DNA of 64,000 bases, from assembly GCA_947444055.1 (NCBI GenBank), contig CANEYR010000005.1:20697-84696 (forward strand), given 5' to 3'. A program made the translations under genes and the position numbers. Shown here piece by piece: positions 37,463 through 47,181 of this stretch. The notes under the pieces are model-generated. The model had not been told where the DNA came from and did not search any database. It saw only the letters and a program-made list of their open reading frames with translations. Each line of letters starts with the position of its first letter. Position 1 is the first letter of the stretch. This DNA comes from Planctomycetota bacterium. Lineage in GTDB: Bacteria; Planctomycetota; UBA1135; UBA2386.

Positions 37463-38896
37463 ATGCTCTCGTTTCGCACCATGCGCCGCTTGATTGCGGC
37501 TGCGACCTTTGTGTCGTTTGCTTCGGCACAGAGTCCACCTCCTGGGTTCACCTACCAGACACTGGTGGATGGCCCGTTGAACAGTGCAACCGCGATGGCC
37601 TTTGCGCCGGACGGGCGCCTGTTCATCACCGAACGCACCACCGGCAACATTCGCGTGTTCGCGAACGGGGCCCTGCAAGCGGCCCCGTGGGCCACGATTG
37701 CGGTGGCGGGTGGCGGCACCTGGGCGGAGCAAGGTTTGCTCGGCATTGCGATCGACCCGGCGTTCCTCACCAATCGGTTCGTCTACGTCTTCTACACCGC
37801 CCCGTCCGGCACTGAGAACCGCATCGCCCGGCTGCAAGAGAACGGCGGCGTCGGCAGCAACCTGACGGTGCTCAGTCCCGCCAACGCGCTGCAGTCGCAG
37901 CTCTACCACAACGCCGGCCCGATGGTGTTTGGCTACGACGGCACCCTGTTTGTCGGGACCGGCGATGCGCTCGGCGGCTCCAACGCGCAAAACATGCAGA
38001 CTTGGCTCGGCAAGATCCTGCGGTTCAACGTGCCCAACTTGACCGTGCCGAGCAACAACCCGTTCCCCGGCAGCGCCATCTATTCACTCGGCCATCGCAA
38101 CCAGTTTGGTCTGACCATCCATCCGGTCACCGGCAAGCTTTACCAGACCGAGAACGGTGGTGCGCTGATGGACGAACTCAACCTGATCCAAGCGGGCGGC
38201 AACTACGGGTGGCCAAACTACGAAGGCCTTGAGAACCCGCCGAACCCGTCCTTCATCGACCCGCTGGCGAGTTACCAGCCGACGACGGCGCCGACCGGCA
38301 CCTGCTTCTATCGCGGCGATCACTACCCGCTGGCCTACAAGCACGCGTGGTTCTTCACCGACTACAACATGAACCGGCTGCGCATGCTGACGCTGAACGC
38401 GGCGGGCACCACGGTGACGAGCCAGATCGTGTTCGACACCTTGCCGGGTTCTGGCTACGGCCTGGTGTCGGGACCTGACGGCAACCTGTGGTACCTGACC
38501 AACGACCAGGGCGGCTTTGGCGCCGACGAACTCGGGCGCTACGTGCATGCCAATGAGCCGATGCCGTCGGCGCAGATCTCGTCGGTGTCGAACAAGTCGC
38601 TTGGCGCCTCGATCACCGTGTGTGTGCACGCGCCAAACGGCACGATCGCGGTGCCCTGGCTGTCGACGTCGCAGTTTGCATCGCCGTTGCCGACGCCGTT
38701 CGGCAACTTGTGGGTGCAGGGCGACGCGATGTTGTCGGCCGTGGTCGTGACCCAAGACCAACGCAACTACCTCGGCTTGACGCTGCCCAATGCGCCGACC
38801 TTCCTCGGCTCGTCGATCTACCTGCAGGCCGTCGTGGTCGATGCCATGAGCACGCTGCGGTTGACGAACCCTTCGCAGTTGGTGATTCGCGGCTGA
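37463..38896 (+). CDS. Secreted PQQ-dependent sugar dehydrogenase-like (GSDH) beta-propeller with shared C-terminal domain
   Basis: MAFAPDGRLF, EQGLLGIA.DP.F, HNAG, GKILR, SLGHRN, DELN...GGNYGWP; start 37463 or 37481. Confidence 0.88.
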   Translation: MLSFRTMRRLIAAATFVSFASAQSPPPGFTYQTLVDGPLNSATAMAFAPDGRLFITERTTGNIRVFANGALQAAPWATIAVAGGGTWAEQGLLGIAIDPAFLTNRFVYVFYTAPSGTENRIARLQENGGVGSNLTVLSPANALQSQLYHNAGPMVFGYDGTLFVGTGDALGGSNAQNMQTWLGKILRFNVPNLTVPSNNPFPGSAIYSLGHRNQFGLTIHPVTGKLYQTENGGALMDELNLIQAGGNYGWPNYEGLENPPNPSFIDPLASYQPTTAPTGTCFYRGDHYPLAYKHAWFFTDYNMNRLRMLTLNAAGTTVTSQIVFDTLPGSGYGLVSGPDGNLWYLTNDQGGFGADELGRYVHANEPMPSAQISSVSNKSLGASITVCVHAPNGTIAVPWLSTSQFASPLPTPFGNLWVQGDAMLSAVVVTQDQRNYLGLTLPNAPTFLGSSIYLQAVVVDAMSTLRLTNPSQLVIRG

Positions 38897-38922
38897 TCAG
38901 AGCCTGATCAGAGCCTGATCAG
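38893..38922. repeat. 11-bp tandem repeat (CTGATCAGAGC)x2.7 with palindromic core CTGATCAG
   Basis: Overlaps the GSDH stop codon; about 60 bp from the 3' end of the Y1 transposase. Confidence 0.85.
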
Positions 38923-38981
38923 CGGCGGGTCAGTTGCTCTGGGTTAGGGGCGGCCCACGAATAACTTGGTGGCTTGGACCA

Positions 38982-39689
38982 TCAGCCCGCCATCGGCACC
39001 TCGTGCACGGAGAGCAGCCCGTGCCGGCGCCAGCCGATGGTGAGCATCCAGGTGTGGGCCAAGGCGACAGGTCGCACGATCGCCTCGATGCCGCGCACGA
39101 CGATGGTCTCGCGGAACCCATCGAACCAGGGGGCTGAGGTGTAGGTGTCGATGGCCTGGGGGACCGCGACTTCGCGCCCTTCGGCCGCGTGCTTCTTGCC
39201 GTTGCCCAGCACGTAGCGCAGCGCGTTGCGGACCTCGCGTGGCGTCTTCAGGATGCGGTCGTGGTAGCGGTCGGCGAACACGGTGCCCGCCCGCCGCCAA
39301 AGCCTGTTCAAGGCTTTGGCGATGCGGATCGCGAGGCCCTGTAGACCCCGCGTCAGCGCCGTTCGGTCGCGCGCCTCCACCAGGAAGTGCAGGTGGTCGT
39401 TCAGCACGGCGTAGTGGGTAAGGCGGAAGCCGTGTCGGTCGCAGCCGGCAGCGAAGGCCGTGCGCAGGGTGGTGTACTCGCGTTTGCTGCGCAAACGCGG
39501 CAACCCCCGCAGCAACTTCATCGTCACGTGCGCGGGGAACCGCGCGGCCAGCAGCGCGCGTGGCCCGTGACCGACCAAGGCCTTCTCGCCTTTGGGTTTT
39601 CTGCCAGCACCGGCACGGCGACCGCCGTTCTGTCGAAACGGCAACACGCCTTGCTGCTTCTTCTTCGGTTGGTGAACACGGGCGGCCAT
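38982..39689 (-). mobile_element. Y1 (HUH) tyrosine transposase, RAYT / IS200-like TnpA
   Basis: PAHVT, NDHLHFLVEA (HUH), VFADRYH, ALRYVLGN (catalytic Tyr); N-terminal GGRRAGAGRK. Confidence 0.88.
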
Positions 39690-39702
39690 TGTGATTGCGC
39701 AG

Positions 39703-39731
39703 ATATTAGAAGGAAGGCCAAGCGACGTCAA
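39703..39731 (-). promoter_or_regulatory. Sigma70-type promoter of the transposase
   Basis: Minus strand TTGACG-17 bp-TAATAT, ending 13 nt before the ATG at 39689. Confidence 0.7.
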
Positions 39732-39965
39732 GCATTGTTCGTCGCCTGTTCGCCACCTTGCCGACACGGCCGTGCCGCATCCACGTGGCTTGGCGCCTAC
39801 ATCTCACCGGCGAGCGGGGCCCCCGACATCCCTGGCAACCTCCAGACATGCCATGTGCAGGACGGCGCCGCCGATGGCATCCATGAGAACCTCCCCACGC
39901 ACCAACCGACAGCCGTCCTGTTGTTGTTCAGCTGCTTCCCTGCCAAGCGATTCTTGGGCGGGCCC

Positions 39966-41684
39966 TTAGTTGCTTTGGGCCTTCGGGCTCTGGCCCTTGC
40001 CGCCCGCTCCCTTCTGCTGCGCCTTCTGGTAACTGTCCTTCAGCGACACCGTGCGGTTCATCACGGGGGCTCCAGCCGTGCTGTCCTTGCTGTCGCAGCA
40101 GAAGTAGCCGATGCGTTCGAACTGGAAGCGCTCGCCGCCCTTCGCTTCGCGCAGGCTCGGCTCCAGCATGCCGCGCACGATCCGTCGGCTGTTGGGGTTA
40201 ACCAGTTGCAAGAAGTCGCCGCCGTCGGCGCTAGCCGGGTCGGTCGTCGTGAACAGGTGGTCGAAGAGCCGCACTTCGGCATTCACGGCGTGCTGCGCAC
40301 TGACCCAGTGGATCGTCGCCTTCACCTTGCGGCCATCTGGTGAGTTGCCACCTTTGGACGCCGGGTCGTAGGTGCAGCGGATCGCCGTCACTTGACCACT
40401 GGCGTCCTTGTCGACGCCGGTGCAGGTCACGAAGTAACCAAACCGCAGGCGCACTTCGCGGCCGGGGGCGAGCCGGAAGAAGTCCTTCGGCGGCGCTTCC
40501 ATGAAGTCGTCGCGCTCGATCAGCAGCGTGCCCGAGAACGGCACCTCGCGCGTGCCCGCCGTCGCGTCCTCCGGGTTGTTCTGCGCCAGGACCCACTCGA
40601 CTTGATCGCCCGGCCAGTTCTCGATCACGAGCTTGATCGGGTCGAGCACCGCCATGCGGCGCAGCGCGTTCTTGTTGAGCCAGTCGCGCACGTGGAAATC
40701 GAGCAAGCCGATCTCGTGCGTGCTGTTGAACTTCGCCACGCCGACGTGCTTGCAGAACGCGACCAGGGCTTCCGGCGGATAACCACGCCGACGCAGGCCG
40801 CGCAGCGTCGGCAGGCGCGGATCGTCCCAGCCATCGACGTGTTTGCCTTCGACTAGCTGCAGCAGCTTGCGTTTGCTGGTCAGCATGTACTCGACGTTGA
40901 GGCGCGCGAACTCGATCTGCTGCGGCTTGAAGATGCCGAGCGAATCACAGAACCAGTCGTAGAGCGGGCGGTGGTGTTCGAACTCGAGCGTGCACAGCGA
41001 GTGGGTGATGCCTTCGATCGAGTCGCACTGGCCGTGGGCCCAGTCGTACATCGGGTAGATGCACCAGCGATCGCCGGTGCGCTGGTGGTGCAGGTGCCGG
41101 ATGCGGTACATCACCGGGTCGCGCAGGTTCAAGTTGGCGTGCGCCATGTCGATCTTGGCGCGCAGCACCTTGGCGCCGTCGGCGAACTTGCCCGCCTTCA
41201 TGTCGCGCAGCAGTTGCAGGTTCTCTGGCACCGAACGTGTGCGGCACGGGCTGTTCGTGCCCGGCGTCGTCACTGTGCCGCGGGCCCTGGCGATCGCTTC
41301 GGCGTCCTGGTCGTCGACGTAGGCGAGTCCCTTCTCAACCAAGCGCTCGGCCCACGCATAGATCTGGTCGAAGTAGTCCGCCGCATACAGCATCGCGTCC
41401 CACTGGAAGCCGAGCCAGCGCACGTCCTCCATGATGGCGTCGACGTACTCCTGGTCTTCGGCCTCTGGGTTGGTGTCGTCCATCCGCAGGTTGCAGCGGC
41501 CGCCAAACTCCTTGGCGATCGAGAACCCGAGCGTGATCGCCTTGGCGTGGCCAAGGTGCAGGTAGCCATTGGGCTCCGGCGGGAAGCGCGTGATGACCTG
41601 TTGCACTAAGCCGCTCTGCAGGTCCGCGCGAATGCGATCGCGGATGAAGTCGGAGGCGGGAGCGGACTCGGGGGCGTTGGTCAT
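39966..41684 (-). CDS. glnS: Glutamine--tRNA ligase
   Basis: TRFPPEPNGYLHLGHAK, MDDTNP, YPMYDWAH, LTSKRKL, WDDPR, QFERIGYF; start MTNAPE. Confidence 0.97.
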   Translation of the reverse strand: MTNAPESAPASDFIRDRIRADLQSGLVQQVITRFPPEPNGYLHLGHAKAITLGFSIAKEFGGRCNLRMDDTNPEAEDQEYVDAIMEDVRWLGFQWDAMLYAADYFDQIYAWAERLVEKGLAYVDDQDAEAIARARGTVTTPGTNSPCRTRSVPENLQLLRDMKAGKFADGAKVLRAKIDMAHANLNLRDPVMYRIRHLHHQRTGDRWCIYPMYDWAHGQCDSIEGITHSLCTLEFEHHRPLYDWFCDSLGIFKPQQIEFARLNVEYMLTSKRKLLQLVEGKHVDGWDDPRLPTLRGLRRRGYPPEALVAFCKHVGVAKFNSTHEIGLLDFHVRDWLNKNALRRMAVLDPIKLVIENWPGDQVEWVLAQNNPEDATAGTREVPFSGTLLIERDDFMEAPPKDFFRLAPGREVRLRFGYFVTCTGVDKDASGQVTAIRCTYDPASKGGNSPDGRKVKATIHWVSAQHAVNAEVRLFDHLFTTTDPASADGGDFLQLVNPNSRRIVRGMLEPSLREAKGGERFQFERIGYFCCDSKDSTAGAPVMNRTVSLKDSYQKAQQKGAGGKGQSPKAQSN

Positions 41685-41775
41685 CGTGGGAACTGGGGAA
41701 GCGGGCGCAGACGATCGCGGAGGGCGCCGTCGATTGCAATGCAACGACGTAGGCGGCGACGCAACCGGCATTGCT

Positions 41776-43374
41776 ATGCTCGCCGGTTCGATGACGGCTG
41801 CTCCGCCCGTTCCTCCGTCCAGTCCAGTTCGCGATCTGTTGGCGTTCTTGCCGCGGCAGGATCGGCACAAGCCGAAGTGCACGCCGGTGCGGCCGTCGAA
41901 GGTCTCGCGCAAACGTGCCTACGTGCTGATTGGTGTGCATGTGCTGATCGGCTTGCACATCTGGCACTGGCTGGCGACGGGTTCGTCGTTGACGCCGGTG
42001 GAGCCGTCGGAGGCCAAGCAAACGCTCGAGGAAGGCCGCATCAACGCGGGCTTCGTGCTCTTCCTTTGCCTCATTGCCAGCACGCTGGTGTTCGGGCGGT
42101 TCTTTTGCGGCTGGGCCTGCCACGTCGTGGCGCTGCAAGACCTCGCGGCGTGGGCGCTCGGCAAGCTCGGTCTCAAACCGCGGCCACTGCGCTCGCGTCT
42201 GCTCGTGTTCGCCCCGTTCGTCGTCGCCATCCACATGTTTGTGTGGCCATCCATCCGCCATTGGTTTGGCCAGCCGCCGTTGCCAGCTTCGAACTGGGAA
42301 TGGCACATGACCACCAACGAGCTGTGGGCCAGCTTTCCGGGGCCGCTGATGGGGGTTCTCACCTTCGTCGTCGTCGGGTTTCTGATCGTGTGGTGGCTTG
42401 GTGCGAAGGGCTTCTGCACGCATGGCTGCCCGTACGGGGCGTTCTTCGCACTCGCCGATCGCCTGGCACCCGTTCGCATCAAGGTCACCGACGCCTGCGA
42501 CGCGTGTGGGCATTGCACTAGCGTGTGCACGAGCAACGTGCGTGTGCACGAAGAAGTCGCCAAGCACGGTCAGATCGTCGACCCCGGTTGCATGAAGTGC
42601 CTCGACTGCGTGTCGGTGTGTCCGAAGCAGGCGCTCTATGTCGGGTTCGCCCTGCCCAAGCCCTTCGCGGTGAGCCAGCAGCGCATCCAGGCGCGCTCGG
42701 ATTTCACGTGGCTGGAAGAACTCGTGGTCGCCGTGCTCGCGTTCGTAGCGGCCGAGCTGACGTTCCGTGGCGCTTGGTTTGGTGAAGGCGTGCCGCTGCT
42801 GATGGCGGTCGGACTCGGTGTCATCACCGCGGTGTTGGCCCTGTTGTGGTGGCGGCTGCTGCGGCGGCGCGAGGTGACGTTCCAACACACGCCGCTGCGG
42901 CGGAACGGCAAGCTCACGGGAGCGGGGCTTGGCGCGTTCGTCGTGCTCAGTGCATGGCTGTTGTTCACGGCGCAGACGTTCGTGGCGCAACGCTACAAAG
43001 CATCCACGATCGCCCAGGTGTTGGCGGCGCGCGGCGACGCGTCGCCAAGCCAGTTGGCGGCGGCGCTGGCTAGTGCGGACCGTGCGCACGCATGGGATGC
43101 GATGGATGATCCGATGGTGGGGGAGATGCGCGGGCTGTTGCTGCGGCGAACGGGGCGGCACGCCGAAGCCGAGGCCTCGTTGTTGTCGAGTTGGCAGGCG
43201 CAAGGTCACCTGCAGCTGGTCGAATCGAGTTTGTGTTTGGCCAGCTACTGCATGGACCGGGCGCGGCAGAATTTTGATCTCGCCGAGACGCTGGTGCGCA
43301 GCGTGTTGCGGCACCACCCGCAGAACGTGCCGGCGACGCAAATGCTCGAAGCCTTGCAGTCGCGGAAGAAGTGA
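41776..43374 (+). CDS. Membrane 4Fe-4S binding protein (NapH/FixG-like) with helical C-terminus
   Basis: GRFFCGWACH, FCTHGCPYG, CDACGHCTSVC, CMKCLDCVSVCP; multiple TM; TPR-like tail; start approximate. Confidence 0.82.
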   Translation: MLAGSMTAAPPVPPSSPVRDLLAFLPRQDRHKPKCTPVRPSKVSRKRAYVLIGVHVLIGLHIWHWLATGSSLTPVEPSEAKQTLEEGRINAGFVLFLCLIASTLVFGRFFCGWACHVVALQDLAAWALGKLGLKPRPLRSRLLVFAPFVVAIHMFVWPSIRHWFGQPPLPASNWEWHMTTNELWASFPGPLMGVLTFVVVGFLIVWWLGAKGFCTHGCPYGAFFALADRLAPVRIKVTDACDACGHCTSVCTSNVRVHEEVAKHGQIVDPGCMKCLDCVSVCPKQALYVGFALPKPFAVSQQRIQARSDFTWLEELVVAVLAFVAAELTFRGAWFGEGVPLLMAVGLGVITAVLALLWWRLLRRREVTFQHTPLRRNGKLTGAGLGAFVVLSAWLLFTAQTFVAQRYKASTIAQVLAARGDASPSQLAAALASADRAHAWDAMDDPMVGEMRGLLLRRTGRHAEAEASLLSSWQAQGHLQLVESSLCLASYCMDRARQNFDLAETLVRSVLRHHPQNVPATQMLEALQSRKK

Positions 43375-43426
43375 ACGCGGCGCTGCCGTTGGCCGCCGGC
43401 CTTGCCAGTGCTCGCCGTTGCCCCGC

Positions 43427-43455
43427 TTGACCGCTCCGCGAACGCTGGCTAGAAG
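43427..43455 (+). promoter_or_regulatory. Possible sigma70 promoter of the met operon leader
   Basis: TTGACC-17 bp-TAGAAG, 10 nt upstream of the riboswitch; imperfect -10. Confidence 0.45.
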
Positions 43456-43465
43456 TTCTCCCACA

Positions 43466-43605
43466 ACTCATCCAGACCAGCCGAGGGACGGGCCCGACGA
43501 CGCTGGGGCAACCACGCCACGATCGACCAAGATCGCCGAGCGCAGGTGCCAACTCCCGCGGCTAGCCCTTCGTGCTCGTGTGAGCAAGGAGGCCGAAAGA
43601 TGAGT
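43466..43605 (+). ncRNA. SAM-I riboswitch (S-box)
   Basis: P1 ACTCATC/GATGAGT; ATCCAGA, GAGGGACGGGCCCGACGA (P2 kink-turn), GGCAACC, GGTGCCAACTCC, GAAAGATGAG; lies upstream of methionine genes. Confidence 0.92.
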
Positions 43606-43679
43606 CTGCAAGCGACGCTTGGCGTCGTGCAGACCCAGCTAGCAGCAGGAGGCTGGAACGGGCCCGAAGTAGCCGTTCC

Positions 43680-44777
43680 GTGACCCACAAGATTGTTCCT
43701 GCGTCCCTTCCCGCCGCTTCACCAAGACTTGCTGTGTCTGCCAGCGACAACTTCCGTTCGTCCGGCCAGTCCCCGGGCTCAGCCCAGCCCCGACCCAACC
43801 TGCACCTGATCGGCCCTGGCCAGGTCGGTCGCGCGTTCCTGCAGCAACTCGACGGCCTGTCGCTCACCGTCGTCGCCGTCAGCGATTCCACCGCCACCGT
43901 GTTCGATCGCGCCGGCCTGTCGCTCGTCAGCTTGCTGGCGCACAAGGCGGCCGGCGGTGCGTTGGCCACACTGCCGCGGGCCGAGACCATTCCCACCGAA
44001 CTCGCCATCCGCATCGTCGGCGCCAACGTCGTCGTCGACGCGACGCCGAGCGGTGAGGCCGGCACCGCGGCCGCTGTGCAACGCGCCCGCACCGCGCTGC
44101 AGAACGGCGCGTTCCTCGCCTTGAGTGGCAAGAACGCGTTGGCGGCGGCGGCTCCCGAATGGCTGCTCGGCGCCTACCGCGGTCGAGTCGGGCTGCACGC
44201 GGTGTTGGGCGGCACCGGCCAGGCGCTCGCCCGCGAACTGCTCGAACTGCGCGAACACTGCCGCAGCGTCGCGCTGGTCGGCAACGTCACCACGACGGTG
44301 TTGATCACGGCGATCGAACGCGGTGCGTCGCTCGAGCAAGGCATTGCCGAGGCGCAGGCGCGTGGCCTGCTCGAACCCGACCCCACGCTCGACCTCGATG
44401 GCAGCGATGCCGCGACCAAGCTGCGTTGTGTGTGGGGTGCGGTGTTTGGCGAGAGCTGGGCCAAGCCACCCACGAGTGCGCAGGTCCAGCGCCAAGACAT
44501 TCGTTCGCTCGATGTGCAGGTCGTTCGCGAACGGGCAGGACGTTGCGCGACGACGAGGCTCGTCGCGCGGGCCGAACGCGGCGGCAACTGGCGCGTGTCG
44601 TACGAAGAATTGCCACTCGGCTCGCCGCTGGCCGCACCGCCAGATCGCGTCGTCTATGGCTATGAGCTGCCTGCAGGCCTGCGCGTGCACACCGGCCTCG
44701 CCGTTGGCTACGCCGCCACGGCGGCCGCGCTGCTCGCCGACGTCAAGGCCGCGATTGGCACGGCGGTGATCTCGTGA
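43680..44777 (+). CDS. hom: Homoserine dehydrogenase
   Basis: IGPGQVG Rossmann motif, VVDATP, EPDPTLDLDGSDAATKL; start uncertain. Confidence 0.85.
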   Translation: MTHKIVPASLPAASPRLAVSASDNFRSSGQSPGSAQPRPNLHLIGPGQVGRAFLQQLDGLSLTVVAVSDSTATVFDRAGLSLVSLLAHKAAGGALATLPRAETIPTELAIRIVGANVVVDATPSGEAGTAAAVQRARTALQNGAFLALSGKNALAAAAPEWLLGAYRGRVGLHAVLGGTGQALARELLELREHCRSVALVGNVTTTVLITAIERGASLEQGIAEAQARGLLEPDPTLDLDGSDAATKLRCVWGAVFGESWAKPPTSAQVQRQDIRSLDVQVVRERAGRCATTRLVARAERGGNWRVSYEELPLGSPLAAPPDRVVYGYELPAGLRVHTGLAVGYAATAAALLADVKAAIGTAVIS

Positions 44778-45766
44778 GCTGCGCCATCACGTTGCCGCGC
44801 GGTGTCGAGCTGTGCCACTTGCCGAAGCACTTCGAACTCGAGCACGGCGGCGCACTCGAAGGCGCGGCCTTGGCGTTCGAACGCCAAGGGCCGCCCACAG
44901 CTCCGACCCTCGTTGTGCTCGGCGGCATCACCGCCGGTCGCCACGTCAGCGCGCACAGCACCGTGGGCGAGGGAGGCTGGTGGCAAGGCCTAGTTGGGGC
45001 GCAGCTCGCGATCGATCCGCAGCGGTACCAAGTGCTGTCGTTCGATTGGCTCGGTGGCCATGGCAGTTCGACCGCACCGGCGATCGGCGAAGCGTTCCCG
45101 TTCGTAGCCGCTCGCGACCAAGCCCGCGCCCTCTGGCATCTGTGTGACGCCCTGCGCATCGAGCGGGTGCACGCGCTCGTCGGCAGCAGCTACGGCGGCA
45201 TGGTGGCGTTGCACGCCGCCGCGCTCGCACCGCACCGTGTGCAGCGGTTGGTCGCGATCGCCGCCGCCCACCGCAGTCACCCGCAGGCCAGTGCGTGGCG
45301 CGCCGTGCAGCGCGGCATCGTCGAACTCGGCCAGCGCTCAGGCCAGGTCGCGGCGGCGTTGGCGTTGGCGCGCAGCTTGGCGCTCACCACGTACCGCACG
45401 CCCGGCGAACTGCTCGAACGTTTCGATGGTCCGCCCTCGATTGTCGGCAACCAACTGCGCGCCTCGGTGCAAGACTGGCTCGACGCGCGCGGGGCGGCCT
45501 TTGCCCAGCAGTGGAACGCGGAGCAGTTCTTGTGCTTGAACCGCTCGATCGATGCTCACCGCATCGAGCCTTTGACCGTCACCGTACCGACGTGGTTGTT
45601 GGCGTTTACCGGCGACCAATTGGTGCCGCCAGCTGACGTGCGCGAACTGGCGCTAGCCTTGCCCGAGCTGCGCGCGCATCGCGACTTGCGATCACGCTAC
45701 GGCCACGACGCGTTCCTCAAAGAAGTGCCGCTCGTCGCGGCCTTCCTGCGGGAGGTGCTGTCGTGA
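44774..45766 (+). CDS. metX: Homoserine O-acyl(succinyl)transferase, alpha/beta hydrolase fold
   Basis: GGITAGRH, GWW..LVG, GSSYGGMV, ALTTYR, GHDAFL. Confidence 0.88.
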   Translation: MSCAITLPRGVELCHLPKHFELEHGGALEGAALAFERQGPPTAPTLVVLGGITAGRHVSAHSTVGEGGWWQGLVGAQLAIDPQRYQVLSFDWLGGHGSSTAPAIGEAFPFVAARDQARALWHLCDALRIERVHALVGSSYGGMVALHAAALAPHRVQRLVAIAAAHRSHPQASAWRAVQRGIVELGQRSGQVAAALALARSLALTTYRTPGELLERFDGPPSIVGNQLRASVQDWLDARGAAFAQQWNAEQFLCLNRSIDAHRIEPLTVTVPTWLLAFTGDQLVPPADVRELALALPELRAHRDLRSRYGHDAFLKEVPLVAAFLREVLS

Positions 45767-46941
45767 GCTTCTCTCCAGAAACCTTGGCCGTGCGCGCGGG
45801 CATCGCCACCGATCCGACGCATGGCGCCGTGGCGCCGCCGTTGGTGTTGTCGGCGAACTTCGCGTTCGCTGGCTTCAACCAAAAGCGCACCTACGACTAC
45901 ACGCGCAGCGGCAACCCGACGCGCGACGAGTTGGCGGCGGCGTTGGCCGAATGGGAAGGCGGTGCTGGTGCGGTCATCACCGCGACCGGCATGGCGGCGA
46001 TCACGTTGGTGCTGCACCTGCTGCAGCCCGGCGATCGTGTGGTGTTGCCGCACGACGGTTATGGCGGCACCTGGCGTTTGGCGAACGCGTTGGCGCAGAA
46101 GGGGCACTTCGAAGTGCTGTTCGTCAACCAACGCGATCCGGTGGCTCTGGCTTTGGCGTTGGCGACGCGCCCGAAGTTGGTCTGGGCGGAGTCCCCGAGC
46201 AACCCGCTGCTGCGGCTCGTCGACTTGCGTGCCTTGGCGTCGGCTTGTCACGGCGTCGGGGCGCTCTTCGTCGTCGACAACACGTTCTTGTCGCCCGCTC
46301 TGCAGAATCCGCTTGCGCTCGGTGCCGACCTCGTCGTTCACTCGACGACGAAGTATGTGAACGGGCACAGCGATGTCGTCGGTGGGGCGGTGATTGCGAA
46401 GGACAAGGCGCTGCATGAGCAGTTGGCGTGGTGGGCTAATGCGCTGGGCATCACCGGGGCGCCATTTGACAGTTGGTTGACGTTGCGCGGGTTGCGCACG
46501 TTGGCGGTGCGCATGCGGCAGCACGAAGCGAATGCGCATCACCTGGCGGAGTTGTTGGCGGCGCATCCGGCGGTGGCGGCGGTGCACTACCCGGGGTTGG
46601 TGACGCACCCTGATCATGGGTTGGCGATTGTCCAGCAGCGGGGCTTTGGCGGCATGGTGTCGTTCGAGCTAGCGGATGCGGCGGCGGTGCCGGTGTTCTT
46701 GGCGGAGCTGTCGTGTTTCACCTTGGCGGAGTCGCTGGGGGGTGTGGAGAGTTTGGTGGCGCACCCGGCGACGATGACGCATGCGTCGATGACTGAGGAA
46801 GTGCGATCGCGTGCTGGCATTGGGCCTGGGCTGTTGCGGTTGTCGGTGGGCATTGAGGCGGTGGAGGATTTGGCGGCGGATTTGTTGGCGGCGTTGCAGC
46901 GGGTGCAGCGGGGGCGGGCGGTTGGGGTGGGGGTGCGGTGA
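45763..46941 (+). CDS. metB: Cystathionine gamma-synthase
   Basis: YDYTRSGNPTR, ESPSNP, VDNTF, HSTTKY.NGHSD, AESLGGVESL, RLSVGIE. Confidence 0.93.
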   Translation: MSFSPETLAVRAGIATDPTHGAVAPPLVLSANFAFAGFNQKRTYDYTRSGNPTRDELAAALAEWEGGAGAVITATGMAAITLVLHLLQPGDRVVLPHDGYGGTWRLANALAQKGHFEVLFVNQRDPVALALALATRPKLVWAESPSNPLLRLVDLRALASACHGVGALFVVDNTFLSPALQNPLALGADLVVHSTTKYVNGHSDVVGGAVIAKDKALHEQLAWWANALGITGAPFDSWLTLRGLRTLAVRMRQHEANAHHLAELLAAHPAVAAVHYPGLVTHPDHGLAIVQQRGFGGMVSFELADAAAVPVFLAELSCFTLAESLGGVESLVAHPATMTHASMTEEVRSRAGIGPGLLRLSVGIEAVEDLAADLLAALQRVQRGRAVGVGVR

Positions 46942-47181
46942 CAGTGCGCATCGACCGCATGACCGCCAACCTCGGTGGCTCGCCTTCGGTTGGAACCGGC
47001 GCCTTGCGGCTCGATGCCAACGCCGGCAACACGCTTCCTGTGAAGGCCGCCGACGCCGCCGAAGCGGTCGTCGGTGGCTGAGGCGGGAACGGCGGCAGTT
47101 GGAGGGGCTCTCAGTTGTCGCTAGGCTTTGCCGCGCCAGGGCTGCGTTCTTGGCGTTCAGCCTCCGCCAATCGAGCCCCTG

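Noticed and set aside
38893-38922. Possible CRISPR repeats (also 53072-53131)
   Set aside because: Units are 11-15 bp, contiguous with no spacers, and no cas genes are present.
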